A stretch of 64,000 nt of DNA from Octopus vulgaris (GCA_951406725.2 OX597834.1:44640001-44704000); one strand, 5' to 3'; positions 1-15,145 are shown, numbered from the stretch's first letter. Made by a program: numbers and translations. Notes: generated from the sequence alone by a model not told the origin.

Positions 1-930
1 GTGAGTAATGGATACTGTAGTAGTGTTGATAATGCTTTCGTGCGGATGGTGAGGATGGTGGTGGTGGTGGAATTAGGATGGTTGGTGACTAAAGAGCTGT
101 TGTTGTTGTTGTTGTTGTTGTTGCTGTCGTTGTTGCTTTTGATTAATCCATCTTAATGGAGAAAATTTATGATGAAAAGCATTCCAGTGATGACCAGCCT
201 TGGCTTTTAGAGCCGTTGTAGAAGTGGTGGTGGTGGTGGTGGTGGCGGTGGTGCTAGCGGTGGTGGTGGTGGCAATGGTGGTGATGATTGTGTGGTGGTG
301 GGTGTGGTTGTATTGATGGTGGTACTGATCGTAATGGCGGCGGTGGTCATGATGGTGGTATTGGTTGGTCATCGTGGTGGTGGTGGTGGTGGTGGTGGTG
401 GTGATGGCGCTGACGGCGGTAGTAGTGGTGCTAGCAGTGGTGGTGGTGGTGGTGGTGGTTGTGGTTTTGGCAATGGTGATGCTAGTGCTGTTGTGGTGGC
501 GATTGTGGTAGCAGTGGAGGTACTGATAGTGGTAGTGGTGGTGACTGAGGAGGCGCCGATGGCGAGTCAACCCGGTTCGTGGCGATGCTAATAGTAGCTG
601 CATCGGTGCCGGTGTTAGTATTTCAGCAGAACTAGTTTGTGTTGGTGGTTATATTGGTCGTTCTATTAGTGATACTAGTAGCAGTAGTGCTGTTGTTTGG
701 CGGGGTGCAGGTCGGAGTGAAAGTGTTCGTGACAGTAATGGTGAGGGTGGCGGTTCTACTGATGCATTGTCGGTGTTCGAGGTAGGTGTAGTAGTTGTGG
801 TAGAGGTAGGAGTATGCTAGTGGTGATAGTGGTGATGGATGTTGTAAAGTTGGCAGGATGCTAATATCAGTAGTAATCGCAGTAGTGGTGGTAGTAATAG
901 CGTTGGTATTAGTAGCAGCAGTGATGGTCA
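1..930. repeat. Cryptic trinucleotide low-complexity region (GGT/TGG/TGT/TAG)
   Basis: Runs of (GGT)n, (TGT)n and (TAG)n with drift. Confidence 0.9.
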
Positions 931-1024
931 AGTGACAATCATTTCTTTGGCTTGAACAGGATAGGCCGAGGTGTCCGTAGTCAATACTGATTTCTGACGA
1001 TTTGCGATCATCCATGTCTATGAC

Positions 1025-1153
1025 ATGGCTGCGTGGTAAGGCGCTTGCTGCCAAACCACACGGTTCAGGGTTCAGTCCCACTGTATGACACATTGGGCAA
1101 GTGTCGTCCAAAGCCTTGTGACGTAATTTGGTAGACAGAAACTGAGAGAAGCC
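1025..1153 (+). mobile_element. SINE type B, truncated 5' part
   Basis: tggctgcgtggtaag...ggttcagtccca...ttgggcaagtgtc matches the heads of the copies at 28680 and 51220. Confidence 0.75.
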
Positions 1154-1158
1154 GCAAA

Positions 1159-1315
1159 GGCGGCGAGCTGGCAGAAACGTTAGCACGCCGGGCGAAATGC
1201 TTAGCGGTATTTCGTCTGCCGTTACGTTCTGAGTTCAAATTCCACCGGGTCGACTTTACCTTTCATCCTTTCGGGGTCGATAAACTAAGTACCAGTTACG
1301 CACTGGGGATCGATG
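1159..1315 (+). mobile_element. SINE type A (tRNA-derived, Nin/Deu-like CCTTTCATCCTTTCGGGGTCGATAAA core)
   Basis: Same head GGCGGCGAGCTGGCAGAA...GAGTTCAAATTCC as more than ten other copies in the window. Confidence 0.85.
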
Positions 1316-1330
1316 CGTAATTTCGACTTT

Positions 1331-1555
1331 TATTTCTTTATTGCCCACAAGGGGCTAAACATAGAGGGGACGAACAAGGACAGACAAACGGATTAAGCCA
1401 ATTATATCGACCCCAGTGCGTAAATGGTAATTAATTTATCGACCCCGAAAGGATGAAAGGTAAAGTCGATCTCGGCGGTATTTGAACTGAGAACGTAGCG
1501 GCAGACGAAATACGGCTCCGCATTTTGCCCGTCGTGCTAACGATTCTGCCAGCTC
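1331..1555 (-). mobile_element. SINE type A, inverted copy
   Basis: Reverse complement of the type A consensus. Confidence 0.85.
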
Positions 1556-2212
1556 AATAAGATGGAGGTGAATAGGTAGGTCTGTATTTGTTATGGCATT
1601 CATATCGTTGTGATAGTAAGTGTAGAGAGGGAAATAATAGTAGAGATAACGGTGATATTGTAGCTGTTGATTTTGTTGATTTTGCTGCTGTTGTTGCTGG
1701 TGGTGGTGCTGGTGGTGGTGGTCATCGTCGTAGTCGGAGTGGGGGCAGTGGTGCTGGAGTTAACGCTGACCAGTCATGTTGTACATGTGTAGGTATATTG
1801 AAGGAGTAAATATATGAAAGGATTTGGCAATTTCCGGAATGCAGTTATTTGAATATTAATTAATTTTTTGTTTTGTTCATACAAACCTGGTGAGAGAAGT
1901 AGGTTTCTGTCATCTGGTTGCTTTTACTTACATGTTGCTGTTGATTTAGTTTTGGGAAATAATAAATGAGTTAGTCTGATTGATTAACGAAAGAGCAATT
2001 GGGAAATTATTAGGAACAGAAACAACGAAAGACGCATGAAACGGAGTGAACATAGAAACAGGGACTTGGTCAAGTTTGACAGACACACAAATAAAGACTC
2101 GGTAAGGTTAAGAGAAAGTAAACGAAGACATTCGGAGGGGCGTGGAAGATGGCGGAAGTAAAGATAGATTAAGACTGGCTGTGGGAGATGTGACGGCGAG
2201 AAAATGAACGAC

Positions 2213-2273
<61 letters not shown>

Positions 2274-2279
2274 CCTATC

Positions 2280-2319
<40 letters not shown>

Positions 2320-2325
2320 CCTATC

Positions 2326-2396
<71 letters not shown>

Positions 2397-2427
2397 CTAT
2401 CTATCTATCTATCTATCTAGCTATCTA

Positions 2428-2472
<45 letters not shown>
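2213..2472. repeat. (ATCT)n followed by (TA)n microsatellite
   Basis: Directly visible. Confidence 0.95.
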
Positions 2473-2473
<1 letters not shown>

Positions 2474-2759
2474 TTATTACTTATAATATATTGTTTATTA
2501 ATTCTTGTACTTTTTGTGATCTATTTATATGTTTTATGATATGTTTTATTTTTTCTTTATGATTTGGTTTATGTCTATCATTGCTTGAATTACATAATAG
2601 AGGTTTTTCTCTAATTTATATATACTATATATTTATATTGTGAAATTTGATTTAATATCGTGTCTTTGTCTATATTTCCAGTCCGTTCAATTTTCCTCCG
2701 GTTTCCCGTTTGCTCTGCTTTCGTCTAATGCTTTCTTCGTGTTGTGTTCTGTCAACACT

Positions 2760-2817
<58 letters not shown>

Positions 2818-3421
2818 GCACAAACATGCTCACACACATACACGCACACATATATACACACAAACACACACATATATATAAACACAAAGATATATTACTG
2901 AAGCTTCTTTATGTTGGAAATTTTTATGTCGTAATGCGACTTACTAGAAACAGTAGCAAACACTAGAACGAGAAGGATCCCTCGAGAAATACATCTGATC
3001 ATATATTTGCTTCATCATGTTGGTCAAGTGATAGAATAATAACAGAATGATTTCATCTAAATATTAGTTTACGTCAGATTTAAGTCTATATTCTCCTGCA
3101 TATATCTGTCTATTCTTTTACTATTTAGTTATACATACTTACTCATATGCCTATATATGTGCATGTATGTATATATATATATATATATATATGCATATCT
3201 AATGTGTGTATAGGTATATATGAGTGTTTATGTGTATATATGTATTTGTGTATATATATACATGTATGTATATATGTATACACAAGTATATAAACACACA
3301 CAAACAGACGCATATATATATGTGTGTGTGTGTGCATATATATATATATAAACATATACACATATTTTTCTATAAATCTTTTATCTGACCGAGCTTATTT
3401 TTCTGGCACCTTTCTTCTCTT

Positions 3422-3475
<54 letters not shown>

Positions 3476-3574
3476 GCTAACTATTTGTCTACTTATCTTT
3501 CTCTCTATTTATCCACCTTTATCTATCTATCTTTATATCTATCCAACTTTATCAATCTATCTATCTATCCACCT

Positions 3575-3637
<63 letters not shown>

Positions 3638-4469
3638 CCTATCTATCTGTACCTCTGCCTATCTTTCTACGCATAAACGCTAAACGCTATCTGAAAAGCT
3701 TTTATATTCATTATTGACAATATAAGAATATTCTTTTTACTTTTTCTTTCTTTTTCAAACTAACATTTCACGTTTTGCTCGAAGCTATGACCTTAATTGT
3801 GCAGTAAGGTTAAGCTGGAAAGTCAATTTTGATAAATGCAATTTAAGCTAACAATCAGAAGAGCTTGTATCTTTAGAATGTCGTGTCTGAATGGGCGCTG
3901 CTTTTAAAAATTGATCAGTAATGTAATACTGAAACACACGGCTTTCCTCTACTGCCAACACGAGTCTCTTTTTGGTGTTGTTGGTGGTGGTGGTGGTGTC
4001 GTTGTCGTCGTCGTCGTTGTTGTTGTGCCAGAGTGTGTAGATGGTGATATTAATCTCTGTCTAGTAATCAGTCTATCACTAAACGTTCTCGGTTCAAATT
4101 GGTAGACTTTGGCAGCCATCTTTTCGGGATAGATGAAATAGCCGCAATAACGTAAAACAAACTGGGTTAATTCGATATAACAAACACTGGAAATTTGTCG
4201 CTATACCTCCATCGTCCAATGGCTAATGAATTGTGTTGCAATATTGCTTTATTATTCAACTATGTATCAAGCCTCTACAAAAGCTGAGTACGGAGCAATG
4301 TTGCGAATACAACAGATCCATAGAACGTTATAGCACGCGTTTTGTTCAGGAGACATTTGCTTTGAGTTCAACCATCTACAAATAGCAATCGAATAACTTA
4401 AGTTCTCAAAATGGCATTTTAAAAAAGGAACGAACACAAGAGAATATACCATCTTTTTATCTTCTATTT

Positions 4470-4843
4470 TTTACTTTCACTCATTTGACCGCGGCCATGG
4501 TGGGGCACGCCCTTGAAGAATTTGAGTCGAACAAATCGATTCCAGGACTTCTTTTTTAAAGCCCTGTATATATTCTATGGGTTTCTTTTGTCGGACTAGA
4601 TTACGGGGATGTAAACACAGCAACACTGGCTGTCAAGCGATGATGAGAGGTCAAACTCAGACACACACACATTATATATATGACGGGCTTCTTTCAGTTT
4701 CCGCCAACAAGATCCACTCACAAGGCTTTGGTCGGCTCGAGGATATAGTAGAAGACATTTGCCCAAGGTACCACGCTGTGGAACTGAACCCAGAACCATA
4801 TTGGTGGGAAGCAAACTTCTTACCACACAGCCACTCCTGCGCC
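4470..4843 (-). mobile_element. SINE type B (tRNA head, CORE-like ccttgggcaa, internal microsatellite)
   Basis: Matches copies at 5761, 28680, 51220 and 55473. Confidence 0.85.
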
Positions 4844-5760
4844 TTTAATATATCTTGAAACAAGATACTGGATCAGATCTGACCTAAATCAATAGTAAGT
4901 TATCGAATTTAAGACCAATTGACTGACTTATTAACAAATGGACATACATTATTTCTCTGACGGTTTATTGGAAACCAAAAAAAATAAAAAAATAAAAGAC
5001 TTCAATCTCAAACATTATCTGATTCTTCTTGTTAATCCCTATTGAGTGACAGCTTAATTACGGTTATATATCCATCCAAACTGTAAGTAATTGCATGTTT
5101 CACTGATAGATGTCGCACTTTTACACCAATTAAACATAGCGTACAAAGAAAGGAGACAAAATGTAGGAAATACACACAACCCTGTAGTTGACAATACATT
5201 GTTTCATACTGATACAGCCATCCATTTTTAAGATTAAGCAGTAAACAAATAACTAGTTCAGGTGCTTGAGTGAATGTCATTCCTGTTTTATGTAGGTTAA
5301 TAACTATATAACATTCTGTACACGAGCCTATGCTGCGCGTTGTACCACAATGGATATAGAAGTGGACTGTTGAACCCACTACTGATGCCGATTTTTGGTC
5401 GCGACTCTCGGATGGCATCTTTTGAGTGGTTAATTCTCTTGGGTTTGACTTCTGGACAAACTGTCATTTCCTATCTTAAAGTATATTCTGGCTGTGTGTA
5501 ATGTTCATATGCTTGTGTGCTGAGGTAGTTCGTTATGGTGCCATATTTCTTCTGTGCGACGACCACACGTTACACACGCTACTTCCAAGCACTGCTGTAA
5601 GTAGTGGATGTGAGCTAGAATGTTAACCCTTAGTGCGCGTACAGAGCATAGTTCAGGAGCTTTGCCGAGCGGCATTACTCTGCGTACTTTAGCTTCGTTA
5701 CTATGGCAGCAGTCCGGATACTTATTAATCAGACCTTGTGTTTATATATATATATTATTC

Positions 5761-6146
5761 TTTTACTTGTTTCGGTCATTTGATTGCGGCCATGCTGGAG
5801 CACAGCCTTTAGTCGAGGAAATCCACCCCAGAGGAAATCTTTGTAAGCCTAGTATTCTTATTCTATCGGTCTCTTTTGTCGAGCCGCTAAGTTAAGGGAA
5901 CGTAAACATACCAGTATCGGATGTCAAGCGAGATTGGGGGAACAAACACACACACTCACACAGACACACATATAAATACATATATACGACGGGCTTTCAG
6001 TTTCTGTCTACCAAATCCACTCAGAAGGCTTTGATCGGCCCGAGGCTATAGTAGAAGACACTTGTCCAAGGTACCACGCAGTGGTACCGAACCCGGAACC
6101 ATGTGATTGGTAAGCAAGCAACTTACCACACAGCCACTCCTGCGCC
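5761..6146 (-). mobile_element. SINE type B
   Basis: Full-length family match. Confidence 0.88.
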
Positions 6147-7705
6147 TATACTTACCACACAGCCACATATATATATATACATATATGTGTGTGTTTGTGT
6201 GTGTGTGTGCATTCGTATCGTTACCTATTTCCCATTTGCACTTTCTTAATTTCCTCTTCTGCCTCGCCCAATACACGTTCCCGTACTCTGCCCTCTTCTT
6301 CAAATCATTGATCGTCTGCTCGTTCAATGTCGTCGATACGTGTATTTATTTTCTCCCCATTCATATCTTTCCCGTCTCTCCTCTCATCTCTTCACCTTTT
6401 ATTTCGTATCAAATACACATTCAATCTATATCCAATTTGTTTGAGCAGCGCAAACTCCAATCCGAGTCTCTATCTCTGTATCAAGCTCGCCTTCTCACCC
6501 TATTTACGCGTCTCTTTCGTTGCCCCTATCATTCCGCCAGTCATTGTGTCCCTTCCACTTTCAATGTAAATACATTGCCCTTTACCTCTAGTCTCTCCCA
6601 TTATCGTCTGCTTCCCTACCTTCTTCGTCTTTCCTATCTCTCGCCACCAGCACCACAACGGCGGCTACCACCACCACCACTATAACCACTACCACCACCA
6701 CCACCACCAGGAGCCAGAGAACTATCAGCAAATGGCGCCTAAAAGAATCTTCACTGAATTCTTCTATTGATAACCCCATAAAACTTTTCTATCTAATTAT
6801 TAGACGATCGTTTATCTAATAGACATTCAATTTTGATTATCCTTGCATCGTTGACATTATATTCGCTGAAATACGCACGCATACACACAACTTCGCCCGA
6901 CGATACACACACGTATAGGCCTAGAAATATGCATATATATATATATATATATGATATATATAATCTCACCAACGCGTTAATGTGCATTACTCTCTGTCTT
7001 TTCGGCGGGCTCTAAAGCATGTACGTATCTCTAACTGTGAATGCGTACGCATACATATCAACACAGCATACACAGAAAACACTCGTGCATGAATTCATGC
7101 GTATTTACTCACACAAACACTCACGCACATGCACAGACATATATTAATGCGTATACACACATATTAATTTATGTACGAATAAAATCAGATAAAATGGTTA
7201 CACGCACGGATAGATACATGTAAACACTTAACCATACATATATATATATATATGCCTCTGCTTGCACACTAAGATATACACATGGAGTTAGAAATAAATA
7301 TATTTCTGAATATGTCTACAATTGCACATATTAACAGGACCATATAAACGCATACCAACAAGTACACAGATTCAATAGAAATGGTTCTATGCCAGGCAAA
7401 AAGAAATGGATCAGTGGACGGATAATGCAATTATAAATTATGTCTGAAAATATGACGAGACAGTCACTTATGAATTTTATCATTGGTCTGAATAGATGTA
7501 TCAGTGCTAACCGCGGTGCAAAACAACCAGAATAACACTAAAAGGAGCCTACAACGAAGCATTTATATGTTCGTTTACGCTGCTAAACTTAATTGTCAAG
7601 CTCTTCTTTTAATCATTCATTACATATATATATATATATATAGCGATTATTAATTATTAATTAGCGGTCATTCGAATGGCGCTTTTGTATATATAGCGGT
7701 CTATA

Positions 7706-7858
7706 ACAGTAATTTCCCTTTGTATAACGGTCTTTTTTCATAGCGTTTTTCCGATGGCCGGATAACTGAAGAGATGGTGGTGTGGATTTTCACCTCGGCA
7801 TCCGAAACTCAGAGTTTTATCTTGGCTACCGAATAATTGTCACATTATATTTACAGAT
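7706..7858 (+). mobile_element. Short (TA)n-embedded ribozyme-bearing element, family P1 (Penelope pLTR/retrozyme-like)
   Basis: Closely similar, in reverse complement, to 17473-17626; flanked by TA runs. Confidence 0.6.
7761..7821 (+). ncRNA. Type I hammerhead ribozyme fold (family P1, copy 1)
   Basis: GATAA-CTGAAGA-GATG...CATC-C-GAAA-CTCAGAG-TT-TTATC. Stem I GATAA/TTATC, canonical core, GUU cleavage triplet (cut after 7816). Confidence 0.75.
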
Positions 7859-8233
7859 ATATATATATATATATTATACGCATATATAAAGAATATATTG
7901 GTTAATGAATCCTGGATACATAATACGCAGAAGGTGTGATTGAGGGAGGTTTGATATCGAATGTTTTAACTGCCCAAATTTCGTAACTTTAACCTTTCCG
8001 CATGCAATCGTTCCCGCTTCTTTTTATTACTTTCCAATCGAGATAGATAAAACTTTTACATATTTCTATTGGTTTTTAAAACATATTTGCAGATAAAATT
8101 CAACTTAAATTTTTAATTACAGGTGAGTATTAGAGACTTAATTTTAACGGGTTGTCGTTAAGAGAATAGATGTGACGATAAAAAGCATTTCTTAAGGCCA
8201 ATAATATTTATTAGTAATTATGCCTAAAGTTAA

Positions 8234-8620
8234 GGCAGCGAGCTGGCAGAAACGTTAGCACGCCTGACGAAATGCTTAGTGGTATTTCGTCTGCCGCTAT
8301 GTTCTGAGTTCAAATTCCGTCGAGGTCGACTTTGCCTTTCATCCTTTCGGAGTCCATAAATTAAGTACCAGTTACGCACTGGGGTAGATATAATCGACTT
8401 AATCTGTTTGTCTGTTCTTATTTGCCCTCTCTGTGTTTAGCCACTTGTGGGTAGTAAAGAAATAGGTATCTCGTCTGCCGCTACGTTCTGAGTTCAAATT
8501 CCGCCGAGGTCGACTTTGCCTTTCATCCTTTCGAGGTCGATAAATTAAGTACCAGTTACGCACTGGGGTAGATATAATCGAATTAACCCGTTTGTCTGTC
8601 CTTGTTTGTCCTCTCTGTGT
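8234..8620 (+). mobile_element. SINE type A head-to-tail dimer
   Basis: Full copy 8234-8464 followed by a 5'-truncated copy from 8465. Confidence 0.88.
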
Positions 8621-9283
8621 AAGAGGGGCTTTTCGCTAAAATTTTAAGCCTTACCCAAAATTTTTATCCGTTTCCTTTCATACTGTCTGATCTTCTTCTT
8701 CTTCTTCTTCTTCTTCTTCTTCTTCTTCTTCTTCTTCTTCTTCTTCTTCTTCTTTATCATCATCATCATCATCATCATCTTCTCTTCCCCTCTCCCTCCT
8801 CCTCTTCCTCCTTCTCCCCTCCTCCTCTCGCTTCATCTTATTTTAGCGACACTCCATCACCCGACAACAAATTTTCCATTTCTTCGCAACGTATTCATAA
8901 CATTTCATATTTTACTTCGTTCATATTCTTCAAAAAAATTCTCCCTGAATTTTTCTCAATAACCTGTCTGTATTGTAAAAGACATGATGGAGGGGGGGGG
9001 AGAAAAATAGAAAGACTAAGAGGTTCCTCTTGATCTCCACCCATATTCCATGACATCCGGGACAAATCATGCCGGAACAGCGAATCTATTCAATTTCCTT
9101 ACGCTTGTAGTTTATTCTTCAGCCACTTCGTTAACTGTTGCACAAGACATTTAGCGAGTATTCTCTGCAATATGAAATTGAATACAGAACACAGAACAAG
9201 CGTATACATGGAACTATCTGTCCCATTATTTCTATACACACACACACAATCACATGTACATACATACATACTATATATATATA

Positions 9284-9341
<58 letters not shown>

Positions 9342-9345
9342 GATA

Positions 9346-9394
<49 letters not shown>

Positions 9395-9534
9395 ATAGAT
9401 AGATGCGCGCAGGCTCACTTATGTTTTATGCTTTCCTTTGTTAAGTGTGGGAGTTCGTAACATTCATCTCGGAGGTTGATTTATAGTGTATTCACGTGTC
9501 CATACATGCGCGTTATGTGTGTAAGAGTATAGCA

Positions 9535-9577
<43 letters not shown>

Positions 9578-9594
9578 CATACATACACACACAC

Positions 9595-9668
<74 letters not shown>

Positions 9669-10424
9669 ACCTATGTATGTGCATGTTCGTATGACGGCGT
9701 GCGATTGTATAAATGCAATAAAGAAAGTGAAGCAAGCTATTCGAGTTTCTGACCTAATATATGGAACGTTGGACAACATTTTTTTTTATATGAAGTGTAT
9801 TAGAACTGACCTGTCGTCCAGATAAGTATAATAGTGGTGACGCTCGGGTCAATAGCAAGGTAGACATTAAGGTGAAAGTTTTTCAGAAGACGGAGAAGTA
9901 ATTTCGTCATAAATCAAGCTTTGAAATGTTGTACGTCCGGAGACAACTTTCGAATCCGAGAACTTCGAAGAAAAATAGTTCGTGATAAAAGTGGCATGAT
10001 GGGATGGCGGTGGTGGTGTTAGTGATAAACTATTAAATTAGATTTCTCTGAATGCATGAGTGTGTATGAGTGTGTATATGTGTTACGAAGGCGCGTGAGG
10101 AAGTGGTGTCTGTATGCTAACAGTTTCATCTTAGGAAATTTTTAGCCATGTTTTAACACTGTGCTGTATACACACTCATACTCGCATATATACAAATACA
10201 TAAAATACATAAAGTTAAATATATATATATATTATTAGATAGTCGTTTACAGCTCGTGAGCTCTTCGGTCCTTCGAGAGGTATTATTTTTCATCCTATAG
10301 AGTGTCCATAGGTCACCCTCCTCACCAAGCAAGCTCGATGGGACCAATGTACAATGGGTTGTACTGGGTTACCTGTAGCGCCCAAGAGCTATGTACATAC
10401 AAACATACATAATTAAATATAAAT

Positions 10425-10489
<65 letters not shown>

Positions 10490-10492
<3 letters not shown>

Positions 10493-10848
10493 TGGCACTC
10501 CGTCGGTTACGATAACGAGGGTTCCAGTTGATCTGAACAACAGAAGAGCCTGCTCGTGAAATTAACGTGCAAGTGGCTAAGCACTCCACAGACACGTGTG
10601 CCCTTAATGATTCAGCGTGACACAGAGTGTGACAAGACTGGACCTTTGAAATATAGGTACAACAGAAACAGAAAGAAAAAGTTTGAGAAAGTTACGGTGA
10701 AAGAGTACAACAGGCTTTGCCACTGAGCCTCATGGAGCGTTTAGGTGTTTTCGTTCAATAAAAACTAACTACCACTCGGTCTGGGAATCGAAACAGCGAT
10801 CCTACGACCGCGGGTCTGCTGCTCTTACCACTGGTCCATTGCAACCCA
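10490..10848 (-). mobile_element. SINE type C head with a distinct 3' tail, abutting TA tracts
   Basis: tRNA-like head matches 21415, 29802 and 37056; tail unrelated to those copies. Confidence 0.7.
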
Positions 10849-10849
10849 C

Positions 10850-11098
10850 TGTATATATATATATATATGTATTTATATGTATATGTATATGTATATATAT
10901 ATATGTATATGTATGTATATATATATATATGTATATATATATGTATATGTGTGTATGTATATATAAAGGTCTATGTATATATATATATATATATGTGTGT
11001 GTATATGTATATAGATATATGTATATGTATATATACATATGTATATATATATATATATATATGTATGTATATGTATATATATGTATATATATATGCAT

Positions 11099-11129
<31 letters not shown>

Positions 11130-11162
11130 CATGTGTGTGTGTAAGTGTATGTGTGTGTGTGT
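10850..11162. repeat. Compound (TA)n/(TATG)/(TG)n microsatellite
   Basis: Directly visible. Confidence 0.95.
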
Positions 11163-11326
11163 ACAACAAAATTTACTGGTATCCATTACCTGAAAATTCA
11201 TCACTTCCCAGCATTTCACATCAGTTGAAATCTCATTTCTTATCGGTAGATTATTAATAATTAAGCAAAGTATATGATAATGAATTTCCTTCCTCTGCAA
11301 ATCTTTCGGATGGCTTTTAGTCTCAC

Positions 11327-11377
<51 letters not shown>

Positions 11378-11939
11378 TCTTCTGCAAGCGATTCAGTATA
11401 TCAACCAAAATCATATCGATTACCCTCTTATAATGGGTGTATACACAGCATTTCACAGATAATATTACAATATTCTATGCCATCTTAATTTTACTATTTA
11501 TTCATTTACGAGAGAGCTATATAATTAACATGGAGAAATGCCCAATGACCATGTCATATGAGCCCCAGCAGAAGACACTACATACAATAGCAATAGAATT
11601 TGCTAAAGCTTTCACAGCAAATAATGAATGTTGAATGCTTCCTACAACAATTAGAGTATGTTATTCATTGTACTGAACGCATTGTTTCCATCGCTGTGGG
11701 ATGAAACCGAACAGATAATTAGGAAAACGCTATACAGAACTGCTTACACTGAGAATGCTGTGGCGTTACCTATAAACAATACTTCCAATCTGACCTTATT
11801 TCTCTCTTTCTTTTTCAACCTCTTCTTTCTCCCTTTCTCACTCTTTCTCTCCATCGTGCTTGATGCTCGACCACAGTTGAACCTTCGTTATTTCTTTTAA
11901 ATTTTGCAAATACTTTACAGGTATACATACACAACACTT

Positions 11940-11960
11940 ACACACACATATACATACATA

Positions 11961-12012
<52 letters not shown>

Positions 12013-12095
12013 TGTATATATATATGTATGTATATATATATATACATATGTAGATATACATATACATATGTATATATATATACATATACATATGA

Positions 12096-12126
<31 letters not shown>

Positions 12127-12153
12127 CATATATGGATATATACATACATATAT

Positions 12154-12220
<67 letters not shown>

Positions 12221-12235
12221 TACATATACATATAC
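11940..12235. repeat. Compound (TA)n/(TACA) microsatellite
   Basis: Directly visible. Confidence 0.95.
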
Positions 12236-13977
12236 GTAATCTACAAACACAAAATATTCTGGTAATTCATTCTGTATGTATTTCGTTTTTGGATTTGGTT
12301 TGCAAGATTCTTTATATGAGTTCGTGTGGTGAAACATATTGACTCAATACTATTGAAAAGACGCAACGAAAATTTTAGGAAAATAAAAATAAGAAATAAG
12401 TGAAAATTTTACCTGTGAGTGTGTTACATTATAAGGTAGAAAAAGAAAATGACTCTCCCCAGACACAACAGAATTCACTGAATTAATTTAAGTTTACAAA
12501 AATTAAGAGTAGTTATTCAAGAAAAGTACTATACACAAGAGAAAAGTAATAATTTATAAGCTTCATTAGAAATTATTTATTTGCATTTCAGGGAAGAAAA
12601 GAAAAATAGCTAATAGTATAAAGCTATTATTGTGGAAAATGTATTTTGATGGCATCCTTGTTATACTCGAAGATAAGTGTCTACACGCAAGATTTTTAAC
12701 AGACGTCTTCCACGCATCGATCATTTTAGTTTTAACGCACGCTATAAGAATAAACCACTTGCCTGGCAAACACACATCCGAAATATGTTTATAGTTTTTC
12801 TAATTCACAATATAAAATCTAAGTAATAATAAACAAAAGCAGTTTCTCGAGATATAAATCTATTGTGTTTACCGAGCATTTGAATAACGTCTAATCATAA
12901 AAGCTACACACTTTGGACACATCCTACCTACAAGAAATAATATTGCTATGAAAACAAAATCTGGCACAATCGACAAAGAAAGAAGCACTTCATCTACGCA
13001 AAGTCGTACCAATCTAAATAAAGCTTTAAACATTTCACTAATAAACACCATTCGAGGTTGTTAAAAGATTTCTTTAATAATAAAAAGAGACACCAAAAAT
13101 GTAATAATACGAAGAGGAATTATAAACGTCTACATTTCATTAATTACAAGAACTGCAATCTGATGTGAAGGGCTATTAAAAATGGAAACCTTTCAGATTA
13201 TATTTGAATGAACCTTTTCAACACGAACAATTCATCTCTCTGAAAAAGACTACATCAATTGCCAAGACAAAGAAATTGTATTAAAAATTCTATCTGTGTT
13301 TATAAGAATCGGTTCAAACATGAATAATGCTGTGTCTAACCTGTGATGCTTGTAATATGACCCGTTTATTTAGGTGAAACCTATAGCATTATATTTACAA
13401 AAATGACTACTTATTGTCACAACTATTATTCATCGCTGCCGAGCCTCTTGCAAACGTATTGATGAGGATTCTTTGCGAGAAGTCAGAGAAACATTTTACA
13501 ATGGAATCAAAATTATGAGAATCCGACAATAAATTTTCAATTCCGTGTTTAATAATTTTCTCCCTTCTATAAGGCGGCAAGCGAGCAGAATCGTTAGCAT
13601 GCAGGGAAGGTGTCTAGCGGCATTTCATCCACCTCTACGTTCTGAGTTCAAATTCAATCGCGGTCGACTTTACCTTAAGATAATTCCCGCCAATCTACAT
13701 AACAATATATTGACCAAGTTGTCTTCTAAATAATATAAACATATGCATCTACGATCAATTCTTTCCCGGTTTGTCTCAGCAACAATAAAAATCTGTTGTC
13801 CATAACAGATTGTGTCCTTGATGAACCTAGTGAATAAATGAAGCGTTTTTATAAAGCATAACACTTTCAGACATTGGCAAAATGATAGAAATATCATGCT
13901 TTATCGCATTACGAAATAGTGACCTACCAGAATGAATATGACTGTAATCCGTACGAAGTCATGAGCGCTTTTCTTCT

Positions 13978-14064
<87 letters not shown>

Positions 14065-14232
14065 AATATTATCATTATAATTGTAGTTCATTATACATAA
14101 ACGTATATTATGTATGAATATATATATTACGGAGATGCACTTGCATAGCAAATGATATATATATATATATATACATACATATATATAAGTACCATATATG
14201 CAGATATGAATACATATATAAATATATATATA

Positions 14233-14272
<40 letters not shown>

Positions 14273-15057
14273 GTATTACTTATATATAAACGTGTATTAT
14301 ATATGTATACATATATACACTATATATACATATATGCATATATATATATATAAGCATCATTATATATTTATACACAATATATATATATATTGTGTATGTA
14401 TTTAAATAGGCCTACCACTCAACGGAACATTTACAGCGTCCGTTCTGTATTCTATGTTCCACATGCAACGGTTTAGCAGAGGATTGCGCCGGAAACGAAT
14501 AGATATTATTCAATTATTTACATAATTTGAAATTCATAAAAACAAGACGTCAACGTTGTATGAACGATTTCGTTCAGGTGACAGTTTTGATTTTAGTATT
14601 GTGAATATTTTATATGTCTTTCATTTCCGTATGAGTTCTTCATATAATCTTAAAGAAGAGCTTATGAAATTGAAAAAATATATATATATCATCCTGCTGT
14701 AATACCTGAAGGATGCCTCGTATTCAAATTGTTTTTGTATGTGTCTGCGTGTCTGCCTGTATTTATGTATGTGTATATGTATGTATATATGATAAACTAT
14801 CATTTCCTCGGAGAACAGCGTGGATTAAGATAATGACTTACATGTTCATTCATAATATGCTCGGGCAGATTCGAACTTGAGCGTACAAATAGGTTTTGTA
14901 TTTCGTCTTCGGAGAACAGCTTCCCCTTTGAGAAGATGTATGTTAACAACACATTGATTTTATTGGCGAGATCCTGTGGTGTTTTGACCTCGTTGTGTCA
15001 AATCAACCTATCGCATATCACTTGATCTCAGCAAAAACTCTTTATCTCATTCTTCTT

Positions 15058-15086
<29 letters not shown>

Positions 15087-15145
<59 letters not shown>

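Noticed and set aside
73-1186. Poly-Thr/His/Gln and Gly/Val-rich ORFs
   Set aside because: Translations of cryptic triplet repeats; no domain or splice support.
5032-5418. 128-aa non-repetitive ORF
   Set aside because: No recognisable motif or splice context; possibly a decayed mobile element.
10238-10272. Minus-strand CCGAAGA-GCTC-AC-GAGC hammerhead-like hairpin next to a TA run
   Set aside because: The GAAA box is disrupted (TGTAAAC) and there is no stem I pairing.
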